A stretch of 64,000 bases of DNA, from IMG/VR virus record IMGVR_UViG_3300049893_000724, positions 96,001 to 160,000 of that record, one strand, 5' to 3'. A program made the translations under genes and the position numbers. Shown one piece after another: positions 9,322-19,200 of this stretch (position 1 is the stretch's first letter; every line of letters starts with the position of its first letter). The stretch is from a virus. The notes under the pieces were generated by a model, which searched no databases, was not told where the DNA came from, and saw nothing but the letters and a program-made list of their open reading frames with translations.

Positions 9322-9350
9322 TACCTTTGTCGAGGTTAAAAAGATTGGCT

Positions 9351-9737
9351 TTAACTATTTTTATAGAGCTTTTCTAAAATCTCTTTAGCATCATTAACAT
9401 TAGCGATATATCCCATTTTTCTATCAATCTTAGTTTTACTATCTTTTGATCCAGATCTTACATAGGATTGATACATCATAATCATTTCGATATCTGAAGA
9501 TTCTGAAAGAGTAAGTACATCTTCAAGATTAAGAATAAACATATCTTCAGTTGTTGTTTTTAACCAAGGTTCTAATTTATATCCAACTACACCCATTCTA
9601 CCTTTAATTTCCGAAACAATAATTGGATTGGAAATAATCAACATTGTTCTATCATCTTCTTCAGAGGCTGCTACCTTTGCAAAGATTTCCTCTCCTGTTT
9701 TTAATTTAACTGTTGCATAAAAATCATCTTCTATCAT
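9351..9737 (-). CDS. Conserved cyanophage hypothetical protein
   Basis: FYATVKLKTGEEIFAKV...PWLK; conserved position between uvsW and gp55. Confidence 0.75.
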   Translation of the reverse strand: MIEDDFYATVKLKTGEEIFAKVAASEEDDRTMLIISNPIIVSEIKGRMGVVGYKLEPWLKTTTEDMFILNLEDVLTLSESSDIEMIMMYQSYVRSGSKDSKTKIDRKMGYIANVNDAKEILEKLYKNS

Positions 9738-11205
9738 TTTTCTTAAGTTGTATAGTGATTATCTCATAGTTAAAGTTCTCTTCATTATAGATCTTAATTC
9801 TTTCAATGAGGTGATTTAAAGTATAATTCTTTCTTGAGTTATATGTACAGTCATCAGCGATATCATAAAGAGTTGCTTTTACTTTATCTTTTCCTTTTCT
9901 AAGAACTCGTCCAATGCTTTGAAGATTACGGATTCTGGATTTGCTAGGTGAGGCGAAGATAACATTATGGAGGTTTTTAATGTTGATACCAGTAGAAAAA
10001 GTTCCATACGAAGCAACGATAATTGCGTTGTTTTCTCTCTCTGTAATTTCACGAACTAATTCTCTTTCTTCAGCATCCACTCCGCCATGAACAAAAAATA
10101 CTTTACGTTCATCTCGCTTTTGACTATTTATCTTTTCGTATAAGACTGCTCCGTGTGCTTCTACTCTACTGAATAGAACCAAAGTATTACCTTTTAAATC
10201 AAGAGTAAGATTGGTAATAAATTTATTTCTTTGTTCGTGAGAGATTAGATATTGTATCTCATCTTCATATGTCTCAAACTTTTGTGGTGGGTGCTTAAGA
10301 ACAATACACTGAATGTCAAGTTGAGAGAGATGACCTTGTTTCATTAATTCATCAGTTCTTGTTACCTTATATGAAGGTCCAAATAATCCCTCAAGAACCC
10401 ACTTATGAGTTTGAGTTCCATCTAAAGTTCCTGTAAATCCAAATCTATATTTTGCGTGATGAAGTTTGGTCATAATCTCTATCAAAGATTTAGACTTGAA
10501 TAAATGTGCCTCATCGCCTATAATCACACCATAGTCTTCAAAGAATGAGCGTTCTAGTTTATAGACAGATTGCCAAGTCGTAATTGTAACTGAAAACTCA
10601 TTTGTTTTTTCCCTACCAGAATAGATACGGTGGCAATATGTCTCAGCATCCCAACCATAGTCCTGGAAGTCCTTATACATTTGCTCTACCAGAGATGTCG
10701 TTGGAACGACTAAAAGTATTTTTTCGTTCTTATCAACATAGTATCTCACTAATGAATAAATCATCAGAGATTTGCCTGATGCAGTGGGACTTATCAGTAG
10801 CTTTCGATTATGTCTTAATGCATCGTATACTCCCTCTACTTGATACTGGCGTGGAGAATGAGCACAAATAGATTGCATATAATCTTTGACACCTTCATAT
10901 GAGATATTTTCATTTACCTCAAAAGGTTGTCCATAAAATTTATTGTCTTCAAATTTGTAAGAATATCCGTACTGCTCACAAAAATTGACAATCTTATCTA
11001 AGAGTCCAACATAAATTTGTTTGGAACGCATATCATACAAGTGAATTTCCCCATTCCAATTCCTTCCACGGTACTGGGGCATAAATTTTGCATTTGGAAC
11101 CTCAAACTTAAAGTGGTCTCTAAGTTCATACTCAATGTGAGGTTCCGTGTTAATTTTTAAAAATACTTCGTTTGATTTGGATATAACAAGGTCTGTCGTA
11201 TTCAC
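9724..11205 (-). CDS. uvsW: SF2 DNA/RNA helicase UvsW
   Basis: SPTASGKS, GDEAH, GFTGT, QSIGRVLR helicase motifs; GTG start. Confidence 0.95.
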   Translation of the reverse strand: MNTTDLVISKSNEVFLKINTEPHIEYELRDHFKFEVPNAKFMPQYRGRNWNGEIHLYDMRSKQIYVGLLDKIVNFCEQYGYSYKFEDNKFYGQPFEVNENISYEGVKDYMQSICAHSPRQYQVEGVYDALRHNRKLLISPTASGKSLMIYSLVRYYVDKNEKILLVVPTTSLVEQMYKDFQDYGWDAETYCHRIYSGREKTNEFSVTITTWQSVYKLERSFFEDYGVIIGDEAHLFKSKSLIEIMTKLHHAKYRFGFTGTLDGTQTHKWVLEGLFGPSYKVTRTDELMKQGHLSQLDIQCIVLKHPPQKFETYEDEIQYLISHEQRNKFITNLTLDLKGNTLVLFSRVEAHGAVLYEKINSQKRDERKVFFVHGGVDAEERELVREITERENNAIIVASYGTFSTGINIKNLHNVIFASPSKSRIRNLQSIGRVLRKGKDKVKATLYDIADDCTYNSRKNYTLNHLIERIKIYNEENFNYEIITIQLKKNDRR

Positions 11206-11233
11206 GATGTCTCATGCATCTATGAATATTTAT

Positions 11234-11671
11234 TTACCCCAGTCCAGCGTTAAATCTCATAAACTCAATTGCATTCTTGATTTGATACGTTCTATTTTGA
11301 ATCATTTTTAAAATGCTTTCAATATAAACAAGCATCGTATCGTAATAATCAATCTTCAAACACACTGTTGAAAGTTTTTCATCGGCATCAAGGTACTTTT
11401 GCATTGTATCTTTATCACGAATCTTTTTTGGAAAGGGATCTTCTACATAAGTTTCTGGATCTGCTTTTCCAGAATAGTATTCGTACCTTTCGTGGCGAAT
11501 ATTTTTTCTCTGTTGCTCTGCTTTCTTTCTTAGAAGAAAAATGGTATTATATAAATCAAAGTATTTTGCATGAAGAACTGGGATATTTGTAGATTCTGTA
11601 TGGAGATTGTCCATATCTATTTTTGAATCTTTTTCCCACATTTCTTGAATAGTATCAAGATCAATACTCAT
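11234..11671 (-). CDS. uvsY: Recombination mediator UvsY
   Basis: LHAKY...RYEYYSGKA...YLDADE...IKNAIEF; adjacent to uvsW. Confidence 0.9.
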   Translation of the reverse strand: MSIDLDTIQEMWEKDSKIDMDNLHTESTNIPVLHAKYFDLYNTIFLLRKKAEQQRKNIRHERYEYYSGKADPETYVEDPFPKKIRDKDTMQKYLDADEKLSTVCLKIDYYDTMLVYIESILKMIQNRTYQIKNAIEFMRFNAGLG

Positions 11672-12222
11672 AAGGGATTGCCGGAAAGATCAGTTATATT
11701 GTAAATAGTATACTTGAAAGCAACGTCTGCTGTAAAGTATTGAATATCTGTTTGTGTTGCATCAAATGTAAGTGTCCCCAAACTATATGGAAAAAGATCT
11801 TTAAATTGAACTTGAAAGTTTGGTATTTGACTACTAGTTAAAATTTGGAGAGTCCCATCTGAATAAATGTTCAGACCCTTTTGAACATAGTTTGCTCCAC
11901 CATAAGCATCAGAATCATTTAACTCTGCAAATTGACTTAGTTTTTCTGGATATCCTAGACCACGAATCCAATTTTGAATTGCATTATAATTTTCTAAATT
12001 TTCATCAACAATAAATCTAAGATTCAAATCCCCAAAAATAATCTTGTCGCCTGGAATATCAATATCTTTTAGATATGTGGGTTGATTTGCAATTCCCAAT
12101 GTCAATTCTGGTATGTTTGCCTCATTGGCAAAAAATGAAACTTTAGGAAATCTAGTTAATGTAAATTTAAATCCTGTTGGCGATAGAAAATTTCTATTCT
12201 CTATCTGAGATGCTTTTGCCAT
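11668..12222 (-). CDS. gp3: Tail tube terminator/completion protein (gp3-like)
   Basis: NRNFLSPTGFKF, NIPELTLG, PGDK..F.DL.L.F.VDE.L.NY; follows gp23 as in cyanomyoviruses. Confidence 0.8.
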   Translation of the reverse strand: MAKASQIENRNFLSPTGFKFTLTRFPKVSFFANEANIPELTLGIANQPTYLKDIDIPGDKIIFGDLNLRFIVDENLENYNAIQNWIRGLGYPEKLSQFAELNDSDAYGGANYVQKGLNIYSDGTLQILTSSQIPNFQVQFKDLFPYSLGTLTFDATQTDIQYFTADVAFKYTIYNITDLSGNPL

Positions 12223-12243
12223 CTTTTTTTAAATATTTAGAAT

Positions 12244-12269
12244 AAAAAAGGGACCCTCTAGGGGTCCCT
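12244..12269 (-). terminator. Rho-independent terminator after gp23
   Basis: Minus strand AGGGACCC-CTAGA-GGGTCCCT followed by a T-tract. Confidence 0.85.
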
Positions 12270-12289
12270 GAAAATTTATGTGAAATGGA

Positions 12290-13726
12290 TCACATGAGGT
12301 TCTTAACAGCAACTCTTCTGTAGTAACGGTTTGCGTCGAGGCGCAGTCTACCGAGACCCTGAGTTGTGCCTTCAGCGAATGGGTTAGCAACAAGACCATA
12401 ACGGGTCTTAAAGCCAATCTTTGGCTGGAAGCTGTTCTCACCAACGGCACGTACCATTTGGAGAGGAACATATGGGCAGTAGAAGAGACCTGCGTCATAA
12501 GGAGATGAACCCTTATAACCAACAACATAATACTGGTTACCTGGGGTTGCGTTAGCAGAGGTCAGGTTAGCAGCATATGGATCGATGTATACGCGGAACT
12601 TACCTAGCAGAGTACCTGCGAAGGTGTTACCGGTGTCATCAACATTCAGGTTAGCGTTGAGTGCTGGGGTGTAATCCAGAACACCAGCCATGGTTAGAGC
12701 GGAAGCAACGTCTGCAGAGCAGAGGATGATGTTGCCCTTTCCACGACGAGTTCTCTGAGCGATTGCGTTTGCATCACGCTCAATCTGGAACAGGAGACCC
12801 TTGAACTTCTCAACTGACCAACGACCATTGGAGTCGATGTCGAGGTCGAAGATACCAGGAGTTGCAACGTTCTGTACAGCACCTTGCTCAGCAACCTTGT
12901 AGATGGTTCTGATAACTTCGCGGTTGATTTCAGCAAGAATCTCAGTTGAGAGAATGTTTGCTAATTCTGCTTCAGCATTCAGACCGTGGATTGCCTTGAG
13001 GTCCTGAGCGAGTTCTAGTGAATACTCAGCCTTCAGAGCGCGTGACTTTGCAGTAACGGTAACTTTCTCGATGCTGAATGCCATCTGGTTGAAAGCATCA
13101 GTGGTGCTTCCATCAAGATTTTCAGCGTCGCCAGTTGCCATACCCTGACCAACGTTATATGGTGAGGGGTTGGTGGTTGCAGTACCAACTGGGTTTAGAA
13201 CTGATGGGTTGGTGCCGCTCTGTGCGGTTGTACCGAAACCAACAGGACCATCCGAATAACCAGCGGTCTCGTCGAATCCAGCATCGTTTCCAGAGAATGC
13301 TGAATCTACTTCGTTATAGAAGGTTTCAGCACCAGTCTGTGACTGATAACGTGAACGCATTGCGAAGATGAGTCCAGTAGGACCGCTCATTGGTTGAACG
13401 CCAGCGAGGTCATAAGCGACCAAGTTTGGCATTGAACGACGGATTAGGCTGATTAGAACTGGGTCGAAACCTGCAGTTGGACCACCAGCAGCGGATGTGC
13501 CACCGAAACCGCCTGAACCACCAGCTGAGTTTGCGCTGTTGGTTGGTGACTCGGTAAGCATACCCATTGAGCCGCTCTCAAAAGAAGCTTGCTCTCTTAG
13601 GAATTTTTCTTGGTTCTCTAACAGGACAGCGGTTACCGCTCTACGATGCGAATCTTTGATTGAATCAAGACCCTCATAGTTGAGGATAGGAGCCCACTTT
13701 TCCTGCAATTGTTCGGAATGGAACAT
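12290..13726 (-). CDS. gp23: Major capsid protein (gp23)
   Basis: FDPVLISLIRR, GVQPMSGPTGLIFAMR, KSRALKAEYSLELAQDLKAIHGL, FQPKIGFKTRYG. Confidence 0.98.
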   Translation of the reverse strand: MFHSEQLQEKWAPILNYEGLDSIKDSHRRAVTAVLLENQEKFLREQASFESGSMGMLTESPTNSANSAGGSGGFGGTSAAGGPTAGFDPVLISLIRRSMPNLVAYDLAGVQPMSGPTGLIFAMRSRYQSQTGAETFYNEVDSAFSGNDAGFDETAGYSDGPVGFGTTAQSGTNPSVLNPVGTATTNPSPYNVGQGMATGDAENLDGSTTDAFNQMAFSIEKVTVTAKSRALKAEYSLELAQDLKAIHGLNAEAELANILSTEILAEINREVIRTIYKVAEQGAVQNVATPGIFDLDIDSNGRWSVEKFKGLLFQIERDANAIAQRTRRGKGNIILCSADVASALTMAGVLDYTPALNANLNVDDTGNTFAGTLLGKFRVYIDPYAANLTSANATPGNQYYVVGYKGSSPYDAGLFYCPYVPLQMVRAVGENSFQPKIGFKTRYGLVANPFAEGTTQGLGRLRLDANRYYRRVAVKNLM

Positions 13727-13775
13727 TTGCGTTTACCTTTTGTAAGTGAATGTTTGGGTTTGACTAATATTGAAT

Positions 13776-14948
13776 TCAGTTTTTAGCAACTGCCTTCAGG
13801 GTCTGAAGGTAAGCAGCCATTGTTCCTGAGATTGACTCAGGTGCATTGTCTACCTGTTCAGACAGACTTTCGGATTTTGCTTTTGGAGCTTTCTGTGCTG
13901 AGAAGTATGACTCCTTCAGCATCTCCAGTTTTTCACGATATTGATCTTCACTTTCAAACTCAACACTTTCGGCAAGTGAAGCGAGCTTGTCTTTCTGAGT
14001 AGCAGCGAGGCCCTCAGAGACTTTTTCAAAGATTCCTTCGGCAACCGACTCTGCGAGACGCTTGTTTAGGGAAACGTTCTTCTCAATTTGCTCGTTGAGT
14101 TTTGTTTCCATATCATCAAGTTTTTCTACCATGCTCTCAAGAACATCATATTTATCTTCAGGGATTGATACATAATGTGCTTCAAAAAGTTCCTTCATTC
14201 CTGAGAGGAATGATTCGGTCATTTCGGTCTTAAGACCATTTTCAATAACGAGTGCATTTTCTTGCATCCACTCGTCGGCAACATACTCTAGGTATGCATC
14301 TACACGCTCAGCAAGTTGAGATTTGATTTCTTCAACTTCCTCAGCAAGAGCAGCAGCATACTGCTCTTCAATGGTTTCTTTAATTTCAGAAACCTTGGAA
14401 CGAAGAGCAGCTTCGAAGATGGTACGTGCCTTTTCTTGGAACTCTTCGGAGAGTTCTTCGCCAGATAGAAGAGCATTTACATCCTCTTCAATATCAAAGG
14501 ACTCTTCCATTTCCTCTTCTTCTTCCTCTTCCTCTTCTTCCTCTTCTTCTTTCTTACCTTTCTTCTTACCGCCCTCTTCTTCCTCTTCTTCTTTAGCTTC
14601 TGCTACAACTTCTTCCTCTTCCTCATCAGTTTCTTCTAAGAGTTCTTCATCTTCTTCATAATCTTCTTTTACGCCACCAGGCATTGGCATTGCAGGCTTA
14701 GCACCTTTATTTACAACATCCTTTACTTGCTTAAGAGTGCCACCGGGGGTCTTCAGCTTTGCTGAGTCATCATCTGGACGATAGTTAGAAGGATCAGGAC
14801 CACCTAGATCTTCCCAACTTGCGGTCTGACCTGGGGTTGAACCTGAAAGACTTGGCATCGCATCTGCTGCTTTTGCATTTGCATTAACAGCAGTTTTGGA
14901 TTGCTTAGTGCCTACTTCCATTTCTTGTAATTGTTTACCACGAGACAT
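13776..14948 (-). CDS. gp22: Prohead core scaffold protein (gp22)
   Basis: Acidic coiled coil, EELSEEF.EKA.TIFEAA, YLEYVADEW; between gp21 and gp23. Confidence 0.9.
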   Translation of the reverse strand: MSRGKQLQEMEVGTKQSKTAVNANAKAADAMPSLSGSTPGQTASWEDLGGPDPSNYRPDDDSAKLKTPGGTLKQVKDVVNKGAKPAMPMPGGVKEDYEEDEELLEETDEEEEEVVAEAKEEEEEEGGKKKGKKEEEEEEEEEEEEEMEESFDIEEDVNALLSGEELSEEFQEKARTIFEAALRSKVSEIKETIEEQYAAALAEEVEEIKSQLAERVDAYLEYVADEWMQENALVIENGLKTEMTESFLSGMKELFEAHYVSIPEDKYDVLESMVEKLDDMETKLNEQIEKNVSLNKRLAESVAEGIFEKVSEGLAATQKDKLASLAESVEFESEDQYREKLEMLKESYFSAQKAPKAKSESLSEQVDNAPESISGTMAAYLQTLKAVAKN

Positions 14949-14984
14949 TTGAACTCTCCGATTTTCCTGTATGAAATCTATATT

Positions 14985-14992
14985 TATTTATA
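14985..14992 (-). promoter_or_regulatory. T4-type late promoter TATAAATA
   Basis: Exact reverse complement tatttata upstream of gp22. Confidence 0.8.
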
Positions 14993-15002
14993 AATTAAGA
15001 AA

Positions 15003-15653
15003 TTACAATGAGTTGATAAACTCATTGAATAGTGATAACTTGTATTCTTCAAGAATACCTTGATCAACTAGAGTATTTATACTACGTTTAGCGTGCTCTG
15101 CTGCCTTTTCCTTCAAAATGCCACCATCCCACACCCATTCTTTACCTTCCATAATTCCCTGAACAAAAGCATCAGGAGCTGAAGGATCTGCTACAATATC
15201 AGCGGCAGTTGCTAGCATAAAATCTTCACCAACTTCAGCATATCCTTCATTGTTTTGTTTTACTGAACCAATACCACGAGAGGAAACGCCAAGAGTAACT
15301 CCTTCTTTTAGAAGTGATTCGGCAATCTTACCCATTGGGGTAGAAAGAATTTGTGCCTTACCAATAAAGTTGTTACCCTCTCTTTGAAGAGAAACAATTT
15401 TATGAGAAACGCGATCAAGGTTTACTGTTGGGCCATCTGGATGTCCAAGTTCACCAAGAGCACGACCTTTGTTTACATACTGCTCGGTGTAACGCTTTAC
15501 CTCTCTTTCCATAACAGGCATACGATACATTCTACCGTTACGGTTCACCACTTCAGTTTGAAGGAAAGGTCCTTGAATATAGAGAGTTTTTTTGCCGTTT
15601 ACACTTTCAGTAATAACTTCTACTGCTTCGATTTCTTCGGTAATGAGTTTCAT
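15003..15653 (-). CDS. gp21: Prohead core protease (gp21)
   Basis: MKLITE, ALGELGHP, VSHKI, LGVSSRG.GS, DIVADPSAPDAFV. Confidence 0.95.
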   Translation of the reverse strand: MKLITEEIEAVEVITESVNGKKTLYIQGPFLQTEVVNRNGRMYRMPVMEREVKRYTEQYVNKGRALGELGHPDGPTVNLDRVSHKIVSLQREGNNFIGKAQILSTPMGKIAESLLKEGVTLGVSSRGIGSVKQNNEGYAEVGEDFMLATAADIVADPSAPDAFVQGIMEGKEWVWDGGILKEKAAEHAKRSINTLVDQGILEEYKLSLFNEFINSL

Positions 15654-16201
15654 TATGCTTGCCCCGAGACTTGTACTTGTTGATAATATAAAGTTCCTGA
15701 ACCAGCACCAAAAACTGATACTTTGTTTGATGCAGCTACGGATGCTTCTGATGCAAATGCTGTTACAATTCCAGCACTGTTATAATCAACAGTCATTCTT
15801 GTTTGATAATATCCACCAACATTTGAAGTGGTGTCAACAGAAATAACTCTTTGATGAGTAAAGTTGTAATAAGTCTGCCCCGATACTGACAGAGTTACAT
15901 AATCACCCACACCAAATGGAACTTGAGTTCCTTCTGGTACAGTGACGATGGTTGTAGTTCCCGTTGTTACACCAACAACTCTATTGGATGCTTTTGTTAA
16001 AGCAAGGGTTGCAGTTTCTCCAGAAGGAACATAGTAATCTGTTGCTGTTGCTGATGGAGTTGCTCCAACTGCAACGAAAGCAGCACCACCAACAGCAACC
16101 ACCCTCAGAACACTTGATTGTACTGTAAATGCTGATGAAGTTGTTGCAGTACCTGCAGTAAATGTAAATGAGGACCCTGCCCCAACTGGTCTATGAGCCA
16201 T
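15653..16201 (-). CDS. Hypothetical virion-associated protein
   Basis: T/V/G/S-rich beta-type ORF in the head gene block, late promoter at 16226-16233. Confidence 0.7.
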   Translation of the reverse strand: MAHRPVGAGSSFTFTAGTATTSSAFTVQSSVLRVVAVGGAAFVAVGATPSATATDYYVPSGETATLALTKASNRVVGVTTGTTTIVTVPEGTQVPFGVGDYVTLSVSGQTYYNFTHQRVISVDTTSNVGGYYQTRMTVDYNSAGIVTAFASEASVAASNKVSVFGAGSGTLYYQQVQVSGQA

Positions 16202-16225
16202 TATTTTATTAGATACACTTTTAGT

Positions 16226-16233
16226 TATTTATA
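16226..16233 (-). promoter_or_regulatory. T4-type late promoter TATAAATA
   Basis: Exact tatttata on the plus strand. Confidence 0.8.
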
Positions 16234-16263
16234 ATTTTGAATTTATTTTATTTTACTAACCCT

Positions 16264-19200
16264 TTATGCAAGTGTTATATTTGCCGATCTTAGAATTCCA
16301 TCAGTGCCTCTAACTTTAATTCTTAAATTAGTATTACTTGTGAGTTCAAAACTCATTTGAGAATTGCTTGGTGGGGTAGATGTATTTGCAAGTCCAACTG
16401 TTGTAATTCCTGAAATTATAGTTCCACCAGTTGGGTCTATTTGAACTCCTACATATCCACTTGCTGCAGTTGCATCATCTTCTCTAAAAATTCTAAATGT
16501 ATTTGAAGATGAATAGTTGTCAATATTCCAACGATAAGAAGAACTTGGTTGCCCTCTTAAAATAACTCTATTGTTTGAACTACTATCTTGATGAACCTGA
16601 ACTTTACCAAGAACTGATAATGTTTCTGTTGGATTTGTGGTTGCTATACCAACTCTATTGTTTGTAGCATCAACCGTTAATGTTCCACCATTTACTCTTA
16701 AATCACTAGTAACTGTAGTAACACCCGTTATATTGAGAGCAGTGAATGTTGGATTTGTAATCCATTTTGCACCACTCGAAACTCCAGTATTTGATAAAAC
16801 TGAATTAGGAGATCCTATGGTATGGGTGCTGTCATACAGTCCATCGTGGAAATGAACAGAGGTGTGAACATCTAAACCATATGCTGGAAGTGTGGTTCCA
16901 ATACCAACATTACCAGTTGTACCTCTAACAGTTATTCTTGTAACTGGTGAGTTTGATGCACTTCCTGTTGCAATACGAACATCCTTCGCGTCATCAGTAC
17001 CAAGAGAAAGACTGCCTGCGGATGCATAAAGATAAGTACCATTTGGATCGTCCCAGACACTGCTACCAACAAATCCAGAAGCATTGATACCAAAGTCTCC
17101 ATAATAACTATTAGCACCTCCACTATCATTAGCAACAATAAAGTCAGTTGATGCTTGAGTTCCTGAATTTTTATTTTGGAAAATGATCTGAGCATAACCA
17201 TTAACATTATGATCAAAGTTTGCAACTAAATCAGTATCATTAAATCCAAGTTGTCCAACACTAAACAAACCATTTTTGTTTGGATTGGAATAAACTGTTC
17301 CAGTTACACTTAATGATGGGGTTTGTGCTGCGTTATTTGCAGTGACAATTGTACGAGCCGCAGTAAGAACAGTGGTGATATGAGCAGCATCATTTACGAC
17401 TAAAGCAGTATTTGGACCACCAACTACTACAGTATTAGTAGTTCCGAAAGTACTTACGCCAGTAACTCTTACATTATCATTAACAACTAATGCAGTATTT
17501 GGACCACCAACAACAACTGTTCTTCCCGCAGCATCTGTAAAAGTAGAGACACCAACACTCATTCCAATAGATGAGGTATTACCATATCCAAGAGTGGTAT
17601 TAAGATTCTGAGTTCCTGCACCTGTCGCAGTAATCGTCACATTACCTGTATTTTGATTGACTGAAATACCAGAACCAGCAGTAATATAAGTAACGATACC
17701 AGTTAAGTTAGAACCAGAACCACTAAATGAATTTGCGGTTACAATACCAGTAAAACTTGCACCATCACTACCAATAAATCCACCACCAACTCTTAAATCC
17801 TTTGCAATATATCCACCACCAGCAACTTGAAGTGCTCCGCTACCAACTCCACTTGTATTATCCGTGTTTGTGATGATCGTGGGGGCAGCACTTGTTACAA
17901 GAGCAGTAAAAGGATCAATCTGGAATAGTGTTCCAATACCAGAAAGAATTTTAAAACCACCACGACTTAATTGTAGATACTGATTTGTATTACTAATTGC
18001 AACACCATCAGTTAATGGGTCCGTATCAGCAATTGTAAGAGTACCGGCAGAAATTACGATATCTTTAAATGGAAATGCGGAAGTACCTAAACTTATTCTT
18101 GATGGAATTGTTGGTACAATACTTGTACTAAGTCCAATAAAAGTATTTCCTACTCCACTTAAAGTGGTTACCGAAGCAACACCAACAGAGAATCCACGAC
18201 TTGAGGTATTACCATACCCCAAAGTTTGATCGAGAGTTTGTGTAGTTGAACCAGTGCCTGCAACTACCCCCGCGATTTGTTGAATAGTTACAATTGCAGA
18301 AGGAATTGCTGGAATATTGACTGATATTGGTGGATTTCCAACGGAAGTTATTACTCCACCGCTGGAGAGAAGTTGCATATTTGCATCATCGGACATCCAT
18401 TTATATTCAATATAATCACCAGCGATCATATCAATGATAAAGTTCCAAGCCGCAACATTTTCAGCGTTCGTTCCTTGAACTGCAATAGTTGTATTTGTAT
18501 CTGGTAAATCGACTCCATTTTTACTTAACCAAATCCAAATATTTCCCGTAGCACCAGATGCTTTATCCAACTGAAGAGAAAATTGGGTGTTATAAACTCC
18601 AGCGTATTCTGCAACTATTTTTGACCCATTTTGAATATTAAATCCATTTGAGGCTGCAGTGGAATTGAGTTTTACAACACTAGTGCTTGCAATACCTGTT
18701 GCTTGTGTTGTTGTATCATAAAAACTTCCATAATATCCGATGTTCGTCGTACCAATTCCAGTTGCACTGATAGTAACTGTTCCAATTCCATTGGAAGGAG
18801 AAATTGTAATACCAGTTCCTGCAATAATTTGATTTACAATTGTAGGTTTATTCAGGATTGAAGAAACACCAACGGTAGCATTCCAGTCACTGTTTACTTG
18901 TACACCTGCCCCTGTAACATTAGTAAATTCTGCAGTATTCGTAGTCGAGTTCCACTGCAAATACTTGCCATCATAAGCACCTGGATTTGTTGCAACACCA
19001 ATAACATCGTCCAAAAATCTTAAACGAGTTTCACCACCACCACCAAGAGTGGCAAGTTGCTGTTGAATGCGATTGATGAATAAACGATAATGTTCTTGAA
19101 GTTGATCTAGGGTTACAAAGTTTTGATTGAGAGGTGTAAGAGGATCTGAACTTTTTTCATCTGGAGGAATATTCAGAAGTCCTTCTTTAATAACTTCTCT

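Noticed and set aside
12229-12936. Alternative-frame minus-strand ORFs inside gp23
   Set aside because: Frame shadows of a biased-codon gene; 12229-12528 also runs through the terminator.
14323-14661. Poly-Ser plus-strand ORF
   Set aside because: Reverse complement of the poly-Glu tract of gp22.
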